A program made the position numbers and the translations under genes. A stretch of 64,000 nt of DNA from assembly GCA_002104905.1 (NCBI GenBank), contig MCFE01000387.1, positions 19,321 through 83,320 of the forward strand. The letters are read 5' to 3'. The stretch comes from Basidiobolus meristosporus CBS 931.73. Lineage: Eukaryota; Fungi; Basidiobolomycota. The notes under the pieces were generated by a model. The model had not been told where the DNA came from and made no database searches. It saw only the letters and a list, made by a program, of their open reading frames with translations. Every line of letters starts with the position of its first letter. Within the stretch, counting starts at the first letter, position 1. This document shows positions 52,004-63,403 of the stretch, piece after piece.

Positions 52004-52849
52004 AACAGGTATACATATGGATAACTTGGGTACTTACAAGACTCTATTGAAAGGTGTTTGTAAACACGTATGAACAAACTTTTTACAGTGGTAGTAATAT
52101 TTTAATCTTCCATTTTGTTAATATAGGGTGTAAAAGACAATATAAGGGTTATTGCATATAAAAGTATATAGAGATCACCACTAATGTAGAATTAGTTCAG
52201 ATGGTGTAATATCAAAAGCAAGATTATCTAGCTAACCAAATCCAGGAATTGGGTATATTGCCTCATCCGATACAAGCTAGAATGGTGAGGATACAACTTG
52301 TACCAATGTCGGTTCTTTGAAATCCAATTGGATCAGCATGGGGACACTATCTAGCATGTGGCAAGAGAGTCACATGTTTATTATCACGTACTTTAACAAT
52401 CAGCAAACCGCCTCTTATCTTTGTGTGAAAATTTCCAACACTGGGTAACATAGCACAGGTGATATACCCCAATAGCTTTTCCTGCTAGACGAGATATTTC
52501 CACTACAACCGAATTTTTGTCCACATACTTGGTAAAATGGTTATCGCAATGATGCTGCTGATCTTACCACAATGATCAGTTGCAAAAGTCAGGTAAAGAG
52601 CTTTTTGATTACATTCGTACCCAGTTCCATTGTTGGAGCCCCTATCATCCGTGGATGGTTTAGCCTTAACGTTGATTTATTGAAACAGGAAACACCTACC
52701 CTGGGTCCTACTCACTACCCCAGGTGATATGAGAAAACTTATAAATATGGGTACGTAAAGTCTAACCTCTGCACCGATCACTACCTCATTCAACTATTAT
52801 CTTCCACTCAAAAAGTATATCCGCACTCCAATAATACAGAATTGGCGCT

Positions 52850-54017
52850 ATGGAGGTTTACAGGGCATTCATGACAGCTGAGAACAAGCCGCTTAGACGG
52901 AAGATCATCATTACTATTTCCACTTTGGTTGTGGTAAACATCGCCTTGTGGGTAGCTGCTATCCTTGCTTTGCGGCCATACAATGGACTCATCAGCCAGG
53001 CAGTTCTGGCATATACTCTTGGACTTCGCCACGCTTTAGATGCTGATCATATTACTGGTAGGTAGATCATCATCAGTTCTAATTGCTTACCGATTCGTGA
53101 CTAATGGATATCCAGCAATCGACAATGTCACGAGAAAGTTGATCCAGTCTGGCAAGAGACCATGCCTTGTGGGACTCTTCTTCTCTTTAGGCCACTCGAC
53201 AATTGTGGTTGTAGCAGCCATTGCCATCGCAGCCACGGCTACAGCAGTGGCCGATAAGTTCCCCGCATTCCGGGATGTGAGTGGAGTGATCGGGACTTGT
53301 GTATCTGGTGCATTCTTACTGCTAATCGGTATCATGAACGCAATTGTCCTGGTTAGCATTTGGAAACAGCTGCAGACACTTCGTCGAGAGAAGGTGTACA
53401 GAGAGATTGATGTGGAGGAGATGCTCAACTCGGGAGGAGTCTTGTCCAGGTTCTTCAGACCAATCTTCAACTTCATCGATGCTAGCTGGAAGATGTATCC
53501 GTTGGGGGTGTTGTTCGGGTTCGGGTTCGACACAGCCACCGAGATCACATTATTGGCGCTGTCTGCTACACAAGCCAACAACGGACTCAACATTGGACTG
53601 ATCCTATTCTTCCCGTTCCTATTCACTGCCGGAATGTCCCTGATTGACACGCTGGATGGCATGCTCATGTTGTGCACCTACAGCTGGGCCTTTATCTCGC
53701 CCATCCGCAAGATCTACTTCAACTTCACCATCACCTTCATCTCCGTGCTGATTGCCATCCTCATTGGACTGGTTCAGGTGTTCAACATTCTTGGTGATAA
53801 GCTAGAGCTGAACGGATCATTCTGGGAGTTCTTTGGCACCATTGGAGATAATTTCGACATCGTTGGCTACTGCATCGTATCGTTGTTCGTGGTTATCTGG
53901 ATGCTGGCGATCTTGATCTACAAGTATGGTGGATTTATGCAGCTCGAGAAGGACATTGTGGTGGTGCGTGGGGAGAAGGATACCATGATGATTGAGGAGG
54001 AAGAAATCAAAGTGTAA
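52850..54017 (+). CDS. NIC1: High-affinity nickel/cobalt transporter (NiCoT family), 1 intron
   Basis: GLRHALDADHIT|AIDNVTRK, FFSLGHSTIV, LFGFGFDTATE, LFTAGMSLIDTLDG signatures. Confidence 0.93.
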
Positions 54018-54962
54018 TTAAGCAGCAATGTTGACATAAGAAATGAGGCTAGGTTCTACCCAACCTGTAAAATATAATTTGTCATTGTTTTGTAAGTAAT
54101 CTAACTTGAGATGAATAAAGCGCCTTTCTAGAACTTGATGGCAAGAATAATGCTTACAAAACATTGATGGCCTTTGGATTAAGTCGCTAGAGTACAAATC
54201 ATTTTCACTAGGACAGCAATTGAAATCATGGGCATACTTTACATGTGAGTGACATTATTTCCATATATACGGCGTGTGAATGTTTGCATTAGGATAGTTC
54301 TGATATTGCCATTGGAGAAACAATTAAAACGTATGCTTCTAGCGTTGGTTCGTTTGTATATATCTTCTCTTACCATCAAGATGGCCAGTTTTATTAAAAG
54401 ACACTAATCGATAGTGGTCAAGCCGCGGCATCGAACTACATTACTGTAAATGCTACAACGAGCCTGAATAGCAATCAAGGTCACATTCATAGCGCTATTA
54501 ATAGGTTTACTCATGTTACTCACTATCTTTACATTGACGACCTAATCGTCAGCCATGATGCTAAAATATCCCTGTATATTGATGGTATACTTCTACCGAA
54601 TATTTTGTTAATCACTATGTTGTTCGACCAATCATTGAACTATAGAACTATTAAAGAACTAGAAGTAATGCTGCAATCTCCGATCTGTACCAAATCGTTG
54701 ACAGCTATTACTCACGTGCTCCTCACAAAAGCTGACAATATATGGCTCGTGTCTGAATAAGTCGGCATATTGAGCATTGTGCTACCCTCGCTGAAGTGGG
54801 GTTTGCCACAATACATGTTGTACTTACTACACGATGAATTAATGTGCAAATAATAAAAAAAGTTAGTCATGAAATATCAACTTTGATTTCACCGATGTTT
54901 TAGAGGCATGTAGCGTTTAGCCACAGTACGTAAAATGTGATGTAGCCAGTAAATATGAACAC

Positions 54963-55216
54963 CTAGTACTTTCCAGATTGACGGCCAAAGTTAAGATCAT
55001 ATTGACTGTTGCGTGGATATTGCAGCCCTTCGCCTTCTTCATATTGTCGTCCTAAGCTTACGGTCATAGAGAAGGTTATGAGAGTATTCGAGTTCTTCGT
55101 CATCTTCATATCGTCTTCCTAAGCCACGACTATAGTGACGATTACGGGGAAACTCAGGATCTTCATCGTTCTCATATTGGCGACCAAATCTACGACTGTA
55201 ATGGCGACTGCGGGAT
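54963..55216 (-). pseudogene. 5'-truncated, frameshifted relic of the repeat-protein family
   Basis: SRSRHYSRRFGRQYENDEDPEFPRNRHY... then a frameshift to GRQYEEGEGLQYPRNSQYDLNFGRQSGKY*; no N-terminal exon or ATG region. Confidence 0.75.
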
Positions 55217-55728
55217 GTTGTAATCTTTGATGAATAACCACCCACGCTCTGCTGACAAATATTGTTAAAATATGTGTTGGTACAAGAGCATCGTATTCAG
55301 TACGGCTTCACTAATGTAATGGTGGACTTTGTAGAGAATAGAATAGCATATGTGTTTGAACGATGATATCAATCTATAGGGGAGGAGTGCTTGGCGAGGC
55401 TAAGCCACTCAACGATTTGATGATCCCAGCATATAATTAATGATATCGAAACAATGTGACAATTCCGGATCTCTACTGGGCCAATGGACATTCACCCTCA
55501 TGCAACTGATAAATATTGCCGAAAAATGGGTCGATGCAAAGCTTCATACACAACAGGGCTTCACTGTAATAGTGGTAGATTTTACTACTTTAAGTAGCAT
55601 CAGCTAGGCCAATATCCTTTGGAACTTGGTTGTGAAATATCAACTTTATTTTTACCAATCGTTTTAGAGGCGCAGAACATACCATTTAATCACCATGTAA
55701 AGTGGGATATAGCCAATACATACGCAGC

Positions 55729-56658
55729 TTAATACCATCCAGTTTGGCGACCTGAGCTACGGCCATAGTGGCGGCTACGAGAATATTCAAGCTCATCATC
55801 GTTTTCGTATTGACGACCGAAACCACGGCTATAACGACGGTTACGAGGATATTCGAGTTCTTCGTCTTCTTCATATTGACGGCCAAAGCCACGGCCATAA
55901 CGACGATTGCGAGGGTATTCAAGCTCTTCTTCACGACCGTAGCGGCGGCCGCGGGGATAGTAAGATTCCTTGCCATTTTCGTATCGACGACCTAGGCCAT
56001 AACCGTAGCGACGGCTGTGGGGGTATTCGAACACTTCATCGTTTTCATATTGACGACCAAATCCGTGACCGTAGCGCCGGCTGCGTGGATAATCAAGCTC
56101 CTCATCATCCTCATATCGACGCCCGAAGCCACGACCGTAGTGACGATTGCGGGGATACTCTAGCTCTTCGTCATCTTCATATTGACGTCCTAGACCACGG
56201 CCATAGCGACGATTATGTGGATATTCGAGCTCCTCATCATCTTCATATTGACGGCCAAAGCCACGACCATGGCGACGGTTGTGAGGATATTCAAGCTCCT
56301 CATCATCATATTGACGGCCAAATCCTCTGCCATAGCGGTGGTTGCGGGAGTAATCGGGTTCCTCATCATCTTCATGTTGACGGCCAAACCCGCGACTATA
56401 GCGACGATTGCGAGGATATCCAGGCTCTTCTTCATCCTCATATTGACGTCCAAATCTGCTCTCGTAACGATGGCTATGAGGGTATTCACGCTCCTCTTCA
56501 TCCTCATATCGACGATTGAGGCCACGTCCATAACGGCGGTTGGGAGAATACTCTTGTTCCTCACGTTCGTAGCGGGGTTGTTGCTGGTTGTTACGTTTGT
56601 TCAAGTCTTGCTGGTAACGAGAATCGTGGGTTTGACGAGGTTGTTGATAATTGGCCAT
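55729..56658 (-). CDS. Tandem-repeat Y/G/R/E-rich protein, array copy 1 (309 aa)
   Basis: MANYQQPRQ... then ~22-aa units YGRGFGRQYEDDEELEYPRNRR, ending GRQTGWY*; TATA at ~56740. Confidence 0.85.
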   Translation of the reverse strand: MANYQQPRQTHDSRYQQDLNKRNNQQQPRYEREEQEYSPNRRYGRGLNRRYEDEEEREYPHSHRYESRFGRQYEDEEEPGYPRNRRYSRGFGRQHEDDEEPDYSRNHRYGRGFGRQYDDEELEYPHNRRHGRGFGRQYEDDEELEYPHNRRYGRGLGRQYEDDEELEYPRNRHYGRGFGRRYEDDEELDYPRSRRYGHGFGRQYENDEVFEYPHSRRYGYGLGRRYENGKESYYPRGRRYGREEELEYPRNRRYGRGFGRQYEEDEELEYPRNRRYSRGFGRQYENDDELEYSRSRHYGRSSGRQTGWY

Positions 56659-57409
56659 GGTAGTAGAGAAAGCAAGGTCTTCGGAAGCTAGAGAACAAGT
56701 CGACAGAAGAATATGAAACAGATTTACTTCCTCCTTACCTTTTATACATTGAGGGCGACACATATGCCAAATGGTGGTGTGCTTGACGGGGCCAAGCCAC
56801 TCGATGATCCAAGCATATGGTCACAGACATCAAAGGGATGTTGCAATCCTTAATCTATAGCGGATCTTTGTGGAATGTTCATCCACAATCGATATTGGAT
56901 ATTGACAAATATTGTCAAAGTATGAGTTGGTACAAGAGCTACACATTTAGCACGAAATCCTTAAAGAGGTGGTAGAGAATAAATCAACATATGAGTCAGG
57001 GACTGGTATACTTCCACCGGAACTTAAAAGTAGTAAACGGGACGTACATCTAAAAATGAGCAGTGCTCGACGAGGCTAAGCCACTTGACGATTTGATGGT
57101 GCCAACATATGATTAACGATGTAGAAACAATGTAACGATTCCGGATCTATGCTTGGCTGATGGGCATTCACCCTCATGCTACTGATAAATATTGTCAAAA
57201 AATGGGTCGATGCAAAGGTTCATATACAACAGGGCTTCACTGCTACAGTGACGGATTTTGTTACATTGCGGCAGGTAACGTCAACTATACCAATATTCGT
57301 TGGAACTTGGCTATGAAATATCAACTTTATTTTTACCAATCATTTTAGAGGCGCAGAGCATACCATTTAATCACCATGTAAAGTGGGATATAGCCAATAC
57401 ATACGCAGC

Positions 57410-58408
57410 TTAATACCATCCAGATTGACGACCCGAGCTACGGCCATAGTGGCGGCTACGAGGATATTCAAGCTCATCATCGTTTTCGTATTGGCGACCG
57501 AAACCACGGCTATAACGACGGTTACGAGGATATTCGAGTTCTTCGTCCTCTTCATATTGACGGCCAAAGCCACGACCGTAGCGGTGGCTGCGGGGATAGT
57601 TAAGTTCCTCATCACCTTCATATTGGCGTCCTAAGCCACGGCCATAACGACGATTACGAGGATATTCAAGCTCTTCTTCACGACCGTAGCGGCGGCTGCG
57701 GGGATAGTCAAGTTCTTCATCATTTTCGTATTGGCGACCTAGGCCACGACCGTAGCGACGGCTGTGGGGGGATTCGAGCTCTTCATCATTTTCATATTGA
57801 CGACCAAATCCGCGACCATAGCGCCGGCTGCGTGGATAATCAAGTTCCTCATCATCCTCATATCGACGCCCGAAGCCACGACCATAGTGACGATTGCGGG
57901 GATACTCTAGCTCTTCGTCATCTTCATATTGACGTCCTAGACCACGGCCATAGCGACGATTATGTGGATATTCGAGCTCCTCATCATCTTCGTATTGACG
58001 GCCAAAGCCACGACCATAGCGATGGTTGCGGGGATACTCTAGCTCTTCGTCATCTTCATATTGACGGCCAAGCCCTCTGCCATAGCGATGGTTACGGGGG
58101 TAATCAAGTTCCTCGTCATCTTCATATTGACGACCCAAGCCACGGCCATAGCGGCGGTTACGGGGGTATTCAAACTCTTTGTTATCATCATACTGACGTC
58201 CAAATCTGTTCTCGTAACGATGGCTATGAGGGTATTCACGCTCCTCTTCATCCTCATATCGACGATTGAGGCCACGTCCATAACGGCGGTTGCGAGAATA
58301 CTCTTGTTCCTCACGTTCGTAGCGGGGTTGTTGCTGGTTGTTACGTCTGTTCAAGTCTTGCTCGTAACGAGAGCCGCGGGTTTGACGAGGTTGTTGATAA
58401 TTGGCCAT
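57410..58408 (-). CDS. Tandem-repeat protein, array copy 2 (332 aa)
   Basis: Same N-terminus, units and GRQSGWY* tail; intact frame. Confidence 0.85.
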   Translation of the reverse strand: MANYQQPRQTRGSRYEQDLNRRNNQQQPRYEREEQEYSRNRRYGRGLNRRYEDEEEREYPHSHRYENRFGRQYDDNKEFEYPRNRRYGRGLGRQYEDDEELDYPRNHRYGRGLGRQYEDDEELEYPRNHRYGRGFGRQYEDDEELEYPHNRRYGRGLGRQYEDDEELEYPRNRHYGRGFGRRYEDDEELDYPRSRRYGRGFGRQYENDEELESPHSRRYGRGLGRQYENDEELDYPRSRRYGREEELEYPRNRRYGRGLGRQYEGDEELNYPRSHRYGRGFGRQYEEDEELEYPRNRRYSRGFGRQYENDDELEYPRSRHYGRSSGRQSGWY

Positions 58409-59216
58409 GATGGTAGAGAGAGGAAGGTCTTCGGAAGTCGGTGGATAAATCGACACAAGAGTGTGGAACTGGTATGCCTTCACCTTACCTTATATACAGT
58501 GAACACAACTCAAATGCCGTGTGGCGGAGTGCTCGATAAGGCCAAGCCACTCGACGAATTGATGATCGAGGCATATGATTATGAAAATCACAGGATTTTG
58601 CAATCCTTGGTCCATACTTGATTTTTGATGAATGACCACTCACGCTCTACTTACAAATATTGTCAAAATATGGGTCGATACAAGAGAACCATATTCAACA
58701 CGGTTTCACTAATGCAGCGGTGGGGAATAAAGGGTCATGTGAGTCTGGCATACTTCCACCGGAACTTAAAAATAGCAAAGGCGAGATATATCTAAAGAGA
58801 GGAGTGCTTGACAAGGCTAAGCCACTTGGTGAATTGATGATCCTAACACATGATTAATGGCGTCGAAACAATGTGACAATTCCAGATCTATGCTTGATCT
58901 TTAATAAGCATTACCCATGTGTTACTGGCAAATCTTATCAAAGAATAGGTTGATGCGAGAGCTTCATATCAATGGGCCTTCACCCTCATGCTACTGACAA
59001 ATATTGTCGAAAATGGGTCGATACAAAAGCTTCATATTCAACAGGGCTTCACTGTTGCAGTGGTGGATTTTGCTTCATTATGCAAGTAATGTTAAATAAA
59101 CCAAAATATTTGGAACTTGATGAAATATCAACTTTATTTTTACCAATCATTTGAGATACGCAGAGCATACCAATTTATCACTATGTAAAGTGGGACATAG
59201 CCAGTACATATTCAAC

Positions 59217-59927
59217 TTAATACCATCCAGATTGACGACCTGAGCTACGGCCATAGTGGCGGCTACGAGTATATCCAAGCTCATCATCGTTTTCGTATTG
59301 GCGACCGAATCCACGGCCGTAACGACGTTGCGGGGATATTCAAGCTCATCATCATCTTCATATTGACGGCCAAAGCTACGACCGTAGCGGCGGCTACCGG
59401 GATAGTTAAATTCATCATCATCTTCATAATGGCGGTTGCGGGGATATTCGCCTTCTTCGTCATCTTCGTACTGATAGCCAAAACCACGACCGTTGCGGCG
59501 GCTAAAGTTCCTCATCGTACTCATATTGGCGACCTAGGCCACGACCATATCGACGGTTGCGGGGGTATTCAAGATCTTCAATGTTCTCATATTGACGACC
59601 TGAGCCACGGCTATAGCGGCGGCTATGTCGATATTCGAGTTACTCGTCATCTTCATAATGACGGCCTAATCCACGGTTGCTGGGATATTTAATCTCTTCA
59701 TCATCTTCATACTGACGTCCAAATCCGTGTTCGTAACGATGACTATGAGGATATTCATGCTCCTCAACATCTTCATTATGACGACTGAGGCCACGTCCAT
59801 AACGGCGGTTGCGAGAATACTCCTGTTCCTCACGTTCGTAGTGAGGTTGTTGCTGGCCGTTGCGTCTGCTTAGGTCTTGCTTGTAATGAGGACCACGAGT
59901 TTGACGGGGTTGCTGATAACTGGCCAT
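59217..59927 (-). pseudogene. Tandem-repeat protein, array copy 3, disrupted
   Basis: GAA>TAA nonsense at 59640 plus a later deletion/frameshift; homologous tail GRQSGWY* retained. Confidence 0.8.
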
Positions 59928-60384
59928 GATGGTGTAGAAGAAGTAAGTCTTCAGAAGTCAGATAGTAAGTTGACAGAAGAGTGTAGAACTAGTAAGCCAC
60001 CACCTTACCTTATATATAATTAAAGTGACATAGATGTTAAGTGGAGTGACTGCTAAAACCAAGCCACTCGATAAATTGATAATCGGAGCATATGATTACA
60101 GATATCAAAGTGATGTTGCAATTCAAGATCTCTACGGCATCCTTGATGGATATTCACTCACACACTACTGACAAATTTTGTGCAAGTTCGGACCGAAACT
60201 CTAGCTGAAAAATTTCGTGGATGCGCCAGGATATTATTCAGGGTTAGGTTTTATTACAGTATGAAAGCATCAATTCGACCATCAGCATATTGTACTTGAT
60301 TATGACATAAATTTATTTTCAATCGATATGTATCATTTAATCACAATACATAAAGTGAGATATGGCCAGTATATATGCAATTTA

Positions 60385-61332
60385 CTACCATCCAGATTGG
60401 CGACCTGAGCTACGGCCATAGTGCCGGTTACCGGGGTATTTAAGCTCTTCATCGTTCTCATATTGGCGACCGAATCCGCGGCTATAACGACGATTACGGG
60501 GATACTCGAGTTCTTCGTCATCTTCATATTGGCGTCCCAAGCCACGACCATAGTGACGATTACGGGGGTATTCAAGCTCTTCATCTTCATATTGACGACT
60601 GAATCCCCGGCCATAGCGACGGTTGCGGGGATACTCAGGTTCCTCATCGTCTTCATGTTGACGGCCAAACCCGCGACCATAGCGACGATTGCGAGGATAT
60701 TCAAGGTCCTCATCATCTTCATATTGACGGCCAAAGCCACGACCATAGCGACGGTTACGGGGGTATTCGAGTTCCTCATCATCTTCATATTGACGACCAA
60801 ATCCACGACCGTAACGACGGTTGCGGGGATACTCAGGCTCCTCTTCATCTTCATATTGACGGCCAAATCCTCTGCCATAGCGGCGGTTGCGGGGGTATTC
60901 GAGTTCCTCTTCATCTTCAGAGCGACGACCAAATCCACGACCATAGCGACGGTTGCGGGGATATTCGAGCTCCTCATCGTCTTCATATCGACGGCCAAAT
61001 CCTCTGCCATAGCGACGGTTGCGGGGGTAATCGAGCTCCGCATCATCATCTTGGTGACCAAATCCACGTCCATAGTGACGGTTGCTGGGGTATCCAAGCT
61101 CTTCATCATGTTCATGCTGACGTCCCAATCTATGCTCATAACGATGGCTATGAGGATATTCACGCTCCTCTTCATCCTCATATCGACGATTGAGGCCACG
61201 TCCATAACGGCGGTTGCGAGAATACTCTTGTTCCTCACGTTCGTAACGAGATTGTTGCTGATTGTTATGTCTGTTCAAGTCTTGCTCGTAACGAGAACCG
61301 CGGGTTTGACGAGGTTGTTGATAATTGGCCAT
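60385..61332 (-). CDS. Tandem-repeat protein, array copy 4 (315 aa)
   Basis: Intact frame from MANYQQPRQ; ends GRQSGW* (terminal Tyr codon changed to a stop). Confidence 0.85.
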   Translation of the reverse strand: MANYQQPRQTRGSRYEQDLNRHNNQQQSRYEREEQEYSRNRRYGRGLNRRYEDEEEREYPHSHRYEHRLGRQHEHDEELGYPSNRHYGRGFGHQDDDAELDYPRNRRYGRGFGRRYEDDEELEYPRNRRYGRGFGRRSEDEEELEYPRNRRYGRGFGRQYEDEEEPEYPRNRRYGRGFGRQYEDDEELEYPRNRRYGRGFGRQYEDDEDLEYPRNRRYGRGFGRQHEDDEEPEYPRNRRYGRGFSRQYEDEELEYPRNRHYGRGLGRQYEDDEELEYPRNRRYSRGFGRQYENDEELKYPGNRHYGRSSGRQSGW

Positions 61333-61860
61333 GATGGTAGAGAGAGGAAGGTCTTCGGAAGTCAGTGGATAAATCGACAGAAGAGTGTGGAACTGGTATG
61401 CCTTCACCTTACCTTATATACAGTGAATACGACTCAAATATCAAGTGGAAGAGTGCTTGACAAAGCTAAGCCACTTGATGAATTAATGAATCAAGCATAT
61501 GATTGATACTGTAATGGAAGATTGTTATCTAGGATCAATTGATTCGATTCATTTACTCCTTGCGAATATTATCGATGAGTATATTGATGTGCGAAATTGA
61601 ATGAATGCCACAGTGGCCAGCTTAGACTTCTTCGCAAATTCTATTTCTCTGCTAGGGAAGTCACCAGACATTATACACTCCAGCTTTTTACGACTTGTTT
61701 GCTCAATAATATTGAGTCGCGTTGTAACTAGCTATATTAGCACACATTGTTTGGCTCGTTAAACACGCCAAATAGATCATTGAGGTTAAAGCAATACCCC
61801 AGTTCAACAACACTTTTGCATTGCTTAATAGCGTCAATATCTGCTATAAACATATTGAAC

Positions 61861-61964
61861 ATGGTTGTGGCGAGGGCTATGGGGATATCTTGGTTCATAG
61901 TCATTCTCATATTGATGGCCGGATATTAGACTTCATCATTACTTTGATATTGACGACCTATGCC
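61861..61964 (-). pseudogene. Short, heavily decayed relic of the repeat family
   Basis: Reverse strand reads GIGRQYQSNDEV* and QYENDYEPRYPHSPRHNH in broken frames. Confidence 0.5.
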
Positions 61965-62331
61965 ATTAGGTGAGTGATCAGTGTTCATCTGTGACAGGTA
62001 GTGTGGATGTAGCAGCCAATGGTAGTCGATAATAAATGCTCAAGGGAATGTTAAACACAGCAATTTCATGCAGCATTCCTCACATGAATAAACTTTACGA
62101 GGTAGAGATGCGTTGTTTATATTTGAAATACAGACTAGTATGAGATCGGATTTGGGCAATTTTTTTTGTAGTACTACTTGATCCGTACAGTATACAGACA
62201 TTAGAGTAGAATATTAGCTATGCTCACTGTTTATGTTTTGAACATTTATTGTTAATCGTTTGTTAGGCTAATAGATATTTTTTCTTCCTTTAGACTCAAG
62301 TGCATCGCTATAACGATTGATACAAGATCAT

Positions 62332-63403
62332 TTAGTAGGCCTTGTCATTCTCATACTGACGGTTCCATCCACGTCCATATCGGCGACTGCGAGAGTATTG
62401 CTCCTCCTCGTCCGCATTGCGACCGAATCCGCGACCATAGCGACGACTGCTGGGGTATTCGAGTTCTTCGTCATCCTCATATTGACGTCCCAAGCCGCGA
62501 CCATACTGGCGGCTGCGAGGGTATTCAAGCTCCTCGTCATCTTCGTATTGACGATCAAAGCCACGACCGTAGCGACGACTGCGGGGATATTCGAGCTCCT
62601 CATCATCTTCATACTGACGTCCCCAGCGCGGCCATATTGACGGCTGCGAGGGTATTCGAGCTCCTCATCATCTTCATATTGGCGGCCTAGGCCACGACCG
62701 TAGCGACGGCCAAGGTTACGGCTCCGGCGACCACTACGAGGATATTCGAGTTCCTCATCGTCTTCGTACTGACGTCCCCAGCCACGGCCATACTGACGGC
62801 TGCGTGGGTATTCGAGCTCCTCATCATCTTCATATTGGCGACCTAGGGCCACGACCGTAGCGACGGTTGCGGGGATATTCAAGCTCCTCGTCGTTCCCAT
62901 ATGACGACCGAAACCGCGGCCATATTGGCGATTGTGGGAGCGCTCCCACTCACGGTTGCGGGGATATTCGAGCTCCTCGTCATCTTCATATTGACGTCCC
63001 AAGCCACGACCGTACTGGCGGCTACGAGGGTATTCGAGCTCCTCATCATCGTCATATTGGCGTCCCAAGCCACGACCGTAGCGACGGCTGCGAGGGTATT
63101 CGAGCTCCTCGTCGTTCTCATATTGACGTCCGAATCCACGCTCGTAGCGGCGGCTACGGGGGAGTTCCAACTCCTCATCATCTTCATATTGACGTCCAAA
63201 TCTGCGGCCATATTGGCGATTGTGAGAGCGCTCCCACTCAGCATCCTGTTCGTGACCGAATCCGCGGCCACGCTGGATGTTCCTGGATTGTCTCTCATTG
63301 TTACGCTCATATTGATCGTTGTGCTGGTGATGATGGTTATGTGCTCCCTGCTCTTGTTCATAGTTAGAGCCACGGAGTGAGAAGGCTGTTGAGAGTAGGA
63401 CAT
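62332..63403 (-). pseudogene. Divergent repeat-protein copy 5 with several 1-nt frameshifts (pseudogene or uncorrected sequencing errors)
   Basis: ATG TCC TAC TCT CAA (MSYSQQPSHS...), repeat units distributed over three frames, ending ENDKAY*; TATAAAA and CTAAGCCAC intact upstream. Confidence 0.65.

Larger units (their letters stand above)
55245..60250. repeat. Homologous intergenic spacers of the tandem array, containing one or two copies of a ~200-290 bp block
   Basis: Recurring GAGTGCT(T/C)GAC..GG C(T/C)AAGCCACT...CATATGATT...GACAAATATTG...GGGTCGAT block at ~55385, 56779, 57063, 58527, 58802, 60050. Confidence 0.8.
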
